NCBI GenBank assembly: GCA_048882485.1
Contig: JBHLRP010000033.1
Coordinates: forward strand, 1 to 14,663
Length of the DNA: 14,663 nt
Direction of reading: 5' to 3'
DNA from: Candidatus Thorarchaeota archaeon
GTDB taxonomy: Archaea > Asgardarchaeota > Thorarchaeia > Thorarchaeales > Thorarchaeaceae
In this document: positions 1 through 6,803 of the stretch, in pieces
Layout of the letters: each line of letters begins with the position of its first letter
Numbering within the stretch: the first letter of the stretch is position 1
Position numbers and translations under genes: made by a program
Notes under the pieces: generated by a model
Databases searched by the model: none
What the model was told of the DNA's origin: nothing
The model's input: only the letters and a program-made list of their open reading frames with translations

Positions 1-3
1 GCA

Positions 4-1566
4 ATGGGCGAGGAACAAAAACTCCTATTCGTGCGTGAAAGCTCCGGCCTAGTAAAGGAAGTAGGTACGGGCTTTGCCCTGCTTCTTCCGATTGCACTAA
101 CTCTTGGACCTTGGTTCCACTTCTTTGGTCCTCAGGTCTCAACATGGTATGCAGGTGCACATCTAGTACCGATGTACGCCATCGGTTCAGCGATCGTCTT
201 CTTTGAGGCTATCTCACTGATGTGTCTTATGCTTGCCATGCCAAGATCTGGTGCCTCTTACCACTTTACTGGTAGAGGTCTCAGTCCAATCTTTGGTGTA
301 ATGGAAGGCTGGCGGTCCGTAATAACCAATCCTGTCTTCAGAGGCACTGGAAGCTTCTTCGCGGTTCAGATCTTCGCAGGCGGTCTAGCGGTTATTGGCA
401 ACGCCACAAACAACACTGGTTTGGTCAGTGCAGCAGTTGCTCTTGGATCAGACCCGATTCTGCTGTTTGTTGCAGCGGCAATAATGATCTTCATAGGATT
501 CATCTTCAGCTATCTCAGCGTGAAATGGCTTGGATGGTTTACGATAATCCTAGGGCTCATCAACATCATCGCGTTGTTGGTGGCAGATCTAGTCATACTA
601 TCCACTCCCATCACTCAGAGTGTATGGGACAATGTGTTTGGATCAGGCAGTTGGGCATCAACTGTTGGCGCATTTAACCCTACGACACCTGTCAACTATG
701 TCGACTTTAGCTGGGCGGCTGTCGGTCCTGCATTGATTCTAACCGTCGGCGGAATGTGGCCTTACCTCATCATGCCAGTGGCTGGTGAGGTGGCACAACC
801 AAGCAGAAACATCCCCTTAAGCAATGTAGGTGGATGGGCAGGTATCGCATTCTTCTTCCTGCTCTCAGCCTTTGCGGTTGAGTCAAGCATGGGAACGAAT
901 CTATACGGTATCAATGCCAATTCTTTCAGCGTCGGTATGTTCCCGGGATTCGGCAATTATGCTGCAATCATCTTGGCGGATAATCCGCTAGCGTGGTTCG
1001 TGATATTATGTCCGGTCTATGCTAGCGTTTTAGATTCCCCAAGCAATGCATTGTGGGTAACCAGGCCGATGCACTCCATGGCTATGGACAGATTCTGTCC
1101 TGAGGCATTCGCGAGTGTCCATCCAAAGTACCATGTGCCTCACATCACACTGTACTTCTGGTTGATCCTATCACTAGGAACCGTTGCCATCGCAACCATC
1201 CTAGTAGTCACTACTGGGACAGCTCTCAGCGCTCTGATAGGCGTAGCATTCACCTACGTGTTTATCAGATGGCAGATGGCGTTAGCTGCGGTATCATTAC
1301 CGTACTATCGACCGACACTATGGGAGCGGAGCGGAGCATGGAAGTTCCTGGGCATTCCACTAATTGCTATTGGTGGTCTGGTTTCAGGAGGCGCATTCTT
1401 CTACGCGCTTATCGCGTATACGCCTGATCCCACTGTTGCCTACGAGGTCTGGTTCACAGTAGTCGTGTACCTCATTGGTCAATTGGCCTACATGTACTAC
1501 GGCTCTAAGAACAAGGCTAAGGGCATCGAGATGTCTGCAATCTTTGGGCAGCTTCCGCCAGAGTAG
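4..1566 (+). CDS. APC-superfamily amino acid/amine permease (archaeal type)
   Basis: 520 aa with about 12 hydrophobic segments. N-terminal FVRESSGLVKE, internal AGEVAQP, TRPMHSMAMDRFCPEAFASVHPKYHVP (APC R..f.ma.D...P..f..v.pk...P motif) and C-terminal IFGQLPPE. Confidence 0.9.
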   Translation: MGEEQKLLFVRESSGLVKEVGTGFALLLPIALTLGPWFHFFGPQVSTWYAGAHLVPMYAIGSAIVFFEAISLMCLMLAMPRSGASYHFTGRGLSPIFGVMEGWRSVITNPVFRGTGSFFAVQIFAGGLAVIGNATNNTGLVSAAVALGSDPILLFVAAAIMIFIGFIFSYLSVKWLGWFTIILGLINIIALLVADLVILSTPITQSVWDNVFGSGSWASTVGAFNPTTPVNYVDFSWAAVGPALILTVGGMWPYLIMPVAGEVAQPSRNIPLSNVGGWAGIAFFFLLSAFAVESSMGTNLYGINANSFSVGMFPGFGNYAAIILADNPLAWFVILCPVYASVLDSPSNALWVTRPMHSMAMDRFCPEAFASVHPKYHVPHITLYFWLILSLGTVAIATILVVTTGTALSALIGVAFTYVFIRWQMALAAVSLPYYRPTLWERSGAWKFLGIPLIAIGGLVSGGAFFYALIAYTPDPTVAYEVWFTVVVYLIGQLAYMYYGSKNKAKGIEMSAIFGQLPPE

Positions 1567-1580
1567 ATCGCATATTAATG

Positions 1581-1617
1581 GAAGAGAGCAGCAAGCTCTC
1601 TTCTCCCCTTTCTTTTT
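1581..1617 (+). terminator. Stem-loop plus pyrimidine/T tract after the permease
   Basis: Perfect 9-bp stem GAAGAGAGC (1581-1589) / GCTCTCTTC (1595-1603) with a 5-nt loop, followed by TCCCCTTTCTTTTT. It begins 15 nt after the stop codon. Confidence 0.75.
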
Positions 1618-1657
1618 GGCAGCAATCCATCGAGGCTAATATCTGAAATATCTGGAA

Positions 1658-2638
1658 TTACCTCATCATATAGAAACCTGTGCCCTCTTTATCTTCATGT
1701 GGTTCCCAAGGCTCATCCTCAACGAAATCGTAGATAGGCGGAAATCGGTTTCTGCTCGCTTTACTTGCGAATGCTTCAAGCTTATCCCAGGTATTGTGGA
1801 ACCGTGATGGAAACGACCTAGGTCTAATCAATAGAACCTCCTCAACATCATCTGAAGAGTTATAGAAATCAAGTGCTTTCTGCGCATCTTCTGCAATTCT
1901 CCGTCGCTCTTCATTTTCGAGCACCTGTTGCTGATATGTATAAGAGTCCTCATACCACTGATATTTAATTGAGAACTCGTGGTTATCGTTGAAGATGCTA
2001 CTAATCAGTCTCCAAGGCCAGAATGTGGACATTTGAGCTAGTTGTGAACCCGCTCCATAGAGATCGATTGCCATTCCTTCCTTACAGAACACATAATCTG
2101 GACCCCTCTCACGAAATTTCTTGTTCGGCTTTGCTTGCCGCCCTCTCTTTGACCAATCATACCATTGAGCTCTATGTTTGCTTAGTATCTCACACTGCTT
2201 CGTTATGTACCTGACCGCTGCAGCAGTTCCATGATGCGCCAAGCCGGAAAGGCTTGGACGACCAAGACGTGCCTCTAGTAGTTCTCGTACAGTTGATACA
2301 TCCTCAAGAGGAATTGTGACCCAAATCGGAAATACCGCTTTCCCAAAGGGCATTGAAAACAGAAACACCATTCCAGCAGGTCCGATTGGTTCATAACCAT
2401 CAGGAAGTTCTTCGTGGAGCGGCCAGGTCTTCTCATCCTTGCAATGTTGAACCTCGCAAACTTCGAAGGAAACAACATCATTCCAATTCGCATCATATTG
2501 TGCTTGATACTCTTTCCTCCTCTTCTCTCTAGGGAGAATGAATCTTCCAAACTCTGTATTGATCTGCAGCTCTTGCTTCTCATTGAAGGGATCGATTCCT
2601 AAATACTCGAGATCTGGAAGTCTTTCTTTTTTCTTCAT
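1658..2638 (-). CDS. Hypothetical soluble protein, possibly with two PH-like domains
   Basis: 326-aa ORF filling the gap between neighbours, with an AGGGG element about 11 nt upstream of the ATG. No family confidently recognised. Confidence 0.75.
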   Translation of the reverse strand: MKKKERLPDLEYLGIDPFNEKQELQINTEFGRFILPREKRRKEYQAQYDANWNDVVSFEVCEVQHCKDEKTWPLHEELPDGYEPIGPAGMVFLFSMPFGKAVFPIWVTIPLEDVSTVRELLEARLGRPSLSGLAHHGTAAAVRYITKQCEILSKHRAQWYDWSKRGRQAKPNKKFRERGPDYVFCKEGMAIDLYGAGSQLAQMSTFWPWRLISSIFNDNHEFSIKYQWYEDSYTYQQQVLENEERRRIAEDAQKALDFYNSSDDVEEVLLIRPRSFPSRFHNTWDKLEAFASKASRNRFPPIYDFVEDEPWEPHEDKEGTGFYMMR

Positions 2639-2798
2639 TCACTTCATGTCCCCTTTTATCGAGAGTCTTTGGGCGACCTTCCGCTTGCCATATAGATTTC
2701 TTGCTAGTTCATTCTTAAACAAGCCGGTTCTTGCCGCTAATAAATCGTAAACATTAATTAGCTGGTATCAAGAGCTCTCACCAAGAGGACTTAACAAG

Positions 2799-3506
2799 AT
2801 GAGTAACCGAGTGAAGCGAGATAAGGAGACGAAACGCGCTCCAACGATCTCTCTTGATGGATTTAAATTCAATCCTGTAAATCTAGATCTGAGATTCAGC
2901 AAGAATCTATTGACTGTGTTGGATGGCTATCGCATCCAGAGAACCTACGATTTAGGATTTATTGACAAGAAAATCGGTGAAGGCGAGTTGCCTAGGAGTT
3001 TTGTCCAACAATGGGGAACCATGAGGAAGGCTCTAACCAAGCTCGCTGCTATTGGCCCGAAGGTTCCAGGTGTCGAGTCTTCATTGAATCGCAGGCAGAC
3101 TATGTCATTTTTTGGAATGGCCTCTCTCACCATTGCAGTTCCAATTCTCTTATTCACATATGTGTTCCAGCTCAATTGGCTAGCTCCAATCGGCCTTCCC
3201 CTTGCAGTAATCGCAGTTGGAATGATGTTTATTAGTTGGCTCACTTCAGCTTGGTATAATAGAAAGGTTGCATGGTTGATTCATGATTACGTGGAAGCCA
3301 ATCAAGCATTGGTATCCAATGAAAGGCGGCATTTCAAGAAATGGGTTCAAATCCTCATTCAGCACATTGCGAGTACAATGAGAAAGACAAATGAAGACCC
3401 CGACAAGAATCTAATCAAATTCTTCAATGATGATTACACGGGAATTGAGGTCCAGAAAAAGCCTGGTGGCTTAAGAAAGCACTACGTGATGAAGATTCTA
3501 TTGTAA
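2799..3506 (+). CDS. Hypothetical membrane protein (two central TM helices)
   Basis: 235 aa with a GAGGA RBS at 2785-2789. Hydrophobic hairpin FFGMASLTIAVPILLFTYVF / WLAPIGLPLAVIAVGMMFISWL sits between basic soluble domains. Confidence 0.8.
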   Translation: MSNRVKRDKETKRAPTISLDGFKFNPVNLDLRFSKNLLTVLDGYRIQRTYDLGFIDKKIGEGELPRSFVQQWGTMRKALTKLAAIGPKVPGVESSLNRRQTMSFFGMASLTIAVPILLFTYVFQLNWLAPIGLPLAVIAVGMMFISWLTSAWYNRKVAWLIHDYVEANQALVSNERRHFKKWVQILIQHIASTMRKTNEDPDKNLIKFFNDDYTGIEVQKKPGGLRKHYVMKILL

Positions 3507-3554
3507 AGAATGGGATAGTCCGACACTTTTCGAGTCAAGCCACTCGTTTGCACA

Positions 3555-4670
3555 CTAAACCAGTTTCTCCATTGGCGTGTAGTCAAGGTCAAATCCAAAA
3601 TGCCGAGGTCCTAAAGCCTCAAGCCCCTCTGCAGTTCGGAATACTTGCTCGGCTTTCATACCGATAACACTGACTTTGTCGCCCGCTTTGATGTCTGTGT
3701 TTGTAATTGGTTCGCCAGACTTCGCATCGATTATCTCAATGATATCCGGACTCATAACCCAAGGTTTGTCATCAAGCCATGTGACATGATTTTCATTCTT
3801 GAACCAGACTCGAAGCTCAGACTCGGGCTTAATACCACTTCCCTTGATTTTAGTTTCACCCCACATGTAGCCTGCCCGGTTCTCCCATGTCTTATCCACG
3901 ACCTCTCCCCGGAAGAGAATCCAGCCTCCTACATTTTCAACAATCTTGTCTGCAGGATCATCCCCTGTGTCACGACTCTCTCTAATCATCTTGCCAACTT
4001 CATAGCTTTTGGTCAGTGTTCCTGGGATAATTGCATCATGGAAATCCGAGCCTTTCAATGGAAAAGCAACATTTCCCAATCTTCCCCAGGCGGCTTCACT
4101 GAGTGCTTTTGAGATGCGCTCACCCATCTCATAATTGATGACATGTTCTACGATGCTCCTGTTGCCAAACCAATCGATGAGAGCCATGGGCGCCATCGAG
4201 AACCCCTTGATGCAAACGGTGTTTTGGCAAATCTCCGGAACAGCTCTTGCTGAATAATCCCCGTCAACGCACGGAATGCCGTGTTTCACAGCTGAATCTA
4301 TTGGTGCTGGTGTATTCACTCCTCCAAGCTCAAAGGGAGCCACAGCCGCGAACTTCACTCCCATATGGTCCTCTAACGCTTTGAGACCCGCAGCTAGTTC
4401 TTGCTCATAGTATTCCCAAGGAAATCGAGTTCTCGAAGCTTCAATTTCTGGAGTGGGAGGTGCGATAGTCCCGGAGTAGTAGGAACAAGCAACCCAGTCA
4501 TCATTCTTCACATGTTTCACGTCAACAATCTCTATTGTCTTCCCAGCATCCATGTGAGGATAGAGCATATCTAGTCCAAGCTGCTTTGAGCCTCCTCCGC
4601 CAGTACCAAAGAATGTGCATCCTGTTGTGAGGTCGTCCACATCGGTCCTCGTTTTTAATACTAAAGTCAT
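3555..4670 (-). CDS. DUF917-family protein (thiohydantoin desulfurase/desulfhydrase family), paralogue 1
   Basis: 371 aa carrying the family motifs GCTFFGTGGGG, PFELGGVNT, VDGDYSARAVPE, FKNEN and SPDII. Confidence 0.9.
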   Translation of the reverse strand: MTLVLKTRTDVDDLTTGCTFFGTGGGGSKQLGLDMLYPHMDAGKTIEIVDVKHVKNDDWVACSYYSGTIAPPTPEIEASRTRFPWEYYEQELAAGLKALEDHMGVKFAAVAPFELGGVNTPAPIDSAVKHGIPCVDGDYSARAVPEICQNTVCIKGFSMAPMALIDWFGNRSIVEHVINYEMGERISKALSEAAWGRLGNVAFPLKGSDFHDAIIPGTLTKSYEVGKMIRESRDTGDDPADKIVENVGGWILFRGEVVDKTWENRAGYMWGETKIKGSGIKPESELRVWFKNENHVTWLDDKPWVMSPDIIEIIDAKSGEPITNTDIKAGDKVSVIGMKAEQVFRTAEGLEALGPRHFGFDLDYTPMEKLV

Positions 4671-4718
4671 CTATTCCGAATCCCCATTAAAGTGACTTAA
4701 ACAAGGATTATGCTTGGC

Positions 4719-4730
4719 TCTATATATTTC
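4719..4730 (-). promoter_or_regulatory. Putative TATA box for DUF917 paralogue 1
   Basis: Minus strand reads GAAATATATAGA about 50 nt upstream of the ATG at 4670, downstream of the putative terminator of the phosphoesterase gene. Confidence 0.45.
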
Positions 4731-4739
4731 CAATGGACT

Positions 4740-4777
4740 AAAAACAAGGTTGGAAGGAAAGCGCAAGTGCACCTTCC
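4740..4777 (-). terminator. Putative terminator after the metallophosphoesterase
   Basis: Inverted repeat GGAAGG (4752-4757) / CCTTCC (4772-4777) with an inner GCG/TGC pairing, followed on the minus strand by AACCTTGTTTTT. Confidence 0.55.
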
Positions 4778-4792
4778 TCTCCGACATCAGAG

Positions 4793-5734
4793 CTAGAGTT
4801 CTACTCGGCCCGCTTGGACATTTCCATCTTCGATGGTGATGAGGAATCCTTTCAGAATGCCCTCTCTGTACTCTGAGCCTGGGTTAACGCAGAGCGTTCG
4901 CCCAATCTTTCTGTATCCTACACTTTCATGTATATGACCATGCATGCCCAATAATGGCTGATATTTCTCAATCACTGCTCGGACTGACTTGCTACCAACA
5001 GGCGTCATAATCTCATGTGCACCTGCCTTTGCTACGCGATGGTCCTCAGTCAACTGAGGTGCTACATCGAGTCCTGAGTTGAATGGAGGGTCATGAAAGT
5101 TGCAGAGTACGTTTGAGTAATCATCTGTTTCAAGGCGTGCAAATTCTGCTTCCAGCTTATCCAGCAGCTCCTCATCAGGACATTCTCTGTGAGTGTTCCA
5201 CGGTGTGGAGTTTACCCATTCCAGACTTATCATGGGATATCCATGAATATCAACAACTCTCTGTAGAGGATATATGATTCTCTCGTCATTCTTTATTATC
5301 TCATCAATAACATAGTCGTCATCATTTCCTGGATTCACAACGACCATTACGTCTTCAGGTATGCGTTCATTTGCCATATCCATCCATTCCTGAATTCTCT
5401 CCACCATTAGCCTTTCGAAGAGCTTGGTGATCTCTCCAGGTGTTTCCTGAAGATGCGCCAACTCATCCGGTGTAAGTATTGCTGGATAGAACCCCTCGTC
5501 CCTAGTGAACTTGATGAATCTGTCAAGATCCTTTTGCTTCTTGAAGGTCTTCTTTTGGCCTCGAGGGTTGGCATACCATCGGTCTTCTTTCTCTTGTATA
5601 ATCGGCATGATGGCTTTCCCGGTTAGGTCGCCGGACATCATCGCTACGTCTGCTTTGAACGCCTTTGGTGCCCGACACATTTTCTCCCAGGTCTGTTGGC
5701 TGCCGTGCGGGTCACAGGCTTGGAATATCCTCAT
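4793..5734 (-). CDS. Calcineurin-like metallophosphoesterase (Icc/COG2129-related) with a GNDD variant motif
   Basis: 313 aa. Motifs in canonical order: DPHGS (DxH), SGDLTG, PGNDD, FHDPP, HGHIHE, NPGS. GAGGT RBS at 5745-5741. Confidence 0.9.
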   Translation of the reverse strand: MRIFQACDPHGSQQTWEKMCRAPKAFKADVAMMSGDLTGKAIMPIIQEKEDRWYANPRGQKKTFKKQKDLDRFIKFTRDEGFYPAILTPDELAHLQETPGEITKLFERLMVERIQEWMDMANERIPEDVMVVVNPGNDDDYVIDEIIKNDERIIYPLQRVVDIHGYPMISLEWVNSTPWNTHRECPDEELLDKLEAEFARLETDDYSNVLCNFHDPPFNSGLDVAPQLTEDHRVAKAGAHEIMTPVGSKSVRAVIEKYQPLLGMHGHIHESVGYRKIGRTLCVNPGSEYREGILKGFLITIEDGNVQAGRVEL

Positions 5735-5960
5735 CAGATTACCTCGTGTTTGCTTCTGCGTTGTGAACTCTTCAGAGTCCCAGACACATCAGATTGTCGA
5801 TGTGACAGTTTAGCCTTGTTTAAAGTTTAATGGTGCAACACATTTTGCAGCTTAAGGAGATTTAGAAAAAAACGGAGTCTGTGCCATGTCACAAGATATT
5901 AATGCCATATGAAACATCGCAGGTGCAATAAGACCTTGAATTCTAGAGGAGTACAGAGAT
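5735..5960. promoter_or_regulatory. Divergent promoter region
   Basis: 226-bp gap between head-to-head genes. TATA-like TTTAAA (5819-5824, minus) and TATTAA (about 5897-5902, plus), plus several short dyads. Confidence 0.55.
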
Positions 5961-6761
5961 TTGAATGGGAAATATGGTCCGATTCTTGAAGACTTCATGG
6001 AGGAAGCAATGCGGATTGAGAAAGCAGCAGCTGAAATGGATATTCCACTACGACTAATTGGCTGTCTTGCATTCAGGTTGAAAAGTCCGGAGTATACAGA
6101 CCTCCATATCAAGATGGGAAGAGAAGTCACGGATATTGACTTCATAAGCTACTACAAACATCAGAAGAAACTACGAAATCTGTTCAGAGATGAACTAGGG
6201 TACCATTGGGTTCCTCCTGGATTTGCTCGTGCTAGCACTTTGAGAGACCTCTTCATCGATGTTGAACGTGAACGCAAGGTAGATGTCTTCTACGATCACC
6301 TTGAATTCTGTCATAATATTGATTTCAAGAAGAAGAACCGACTAGAAGTGGATAAGCCCACAATTCCGTTGGCGGAACTATTCCTCGAGAAGACACAGAT
6401 TGTCGAGATCAATGCAAAGGACTTGAAGGACCTTATCATTACCTTCCTTGCCCACGATGTAAGTACTGAGGATGATGACACACAGGTCAATGGCACGTAC
6501 ATAGCTAAGATGCTATCAGACGACTGGGGATTTTACTATACTGTGACAGAGAATCTCAAGAAATTCTTCGACTTCGTACCTACTGTTCCGGAAATCACTG
6601 AGGAACAAAAGGAGATAGTGTTATCGAGAGCCAAGAAGCTTCATCAGATGATTGAGGATGAACCGAAATCAAGGTCTTGGAAGCGTCGAGCAAAGGTTGG
6701 TCCTAAGCAACGCTGGTATAAAGTGGTTCATTCAATGGAAGGCACTCGCAACGCTGACTAG
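5961..6761 (+). CDS. Uncharacterised nucleotidyltransferase-fold protein (Pol-beta superfamily)
   Basis: 266 aa, TTG start 9 nt after GAGGAG (5946-5951). LIGCLAF (G34) ... TDIDF (D58/D60), third carboxylate in KVDVF (D108), and helical KDLKD (153-157). Family assignment is from motif recognition only. Confidence 0.7.
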   Translation: MNGKYGPILEDFMEEAMRIEKAAAEMDIPLRLIGCLAFRLKSPEYTDLHIKMGREVTDIDFISYYKHQKKLRNLFRDELGYHWVPPGFARASTLRDLFIDVERERKVDVFYDHLEFCHNIDFKKKNRLEVDKPTIPLAELFLEKTQIVEINAKDLKDLIITFLAHDVSTEDDDTQVNGTYIAKMLSDDWGFYYTVTENLKKFFDFVPTVPEITEEQKEIVLSRAKKLHQMIEDEPKSRSWKRRAKVGPKQRWYKVVHSMEGTRNAD

Positions 6762-6803
6762 CTTCGGCGCCTTCCATAGAGGCAATAATTGGAGAGAGAT
6801 ACA

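Noticed and set aside
2636-2647. In-frame ATG-AAG-TGA directly before the start of 1658..2638 (mini-uORF or Sec read-through)
   Set aside because: The RBS is only 2 nt from the first ATG but well spaced for the second. There is no Sec-type context, so chance is likely.
3531-3546. CGAGT/ACTCG hairpin between convergent genes
   Set aside because: Only a 5-bp stem with a weak T-tract, too weak to call a terminator.
6759-6803. The NTase and DUF917-2 are in the same frame with a structured TAG between them, suggesting pyrrolysine or read-through fusion
   Set aside because: Two more in-frame stops follow (TAG 6777-6779, TAA 6786-6788), and DUF917-2 has its own RBS.
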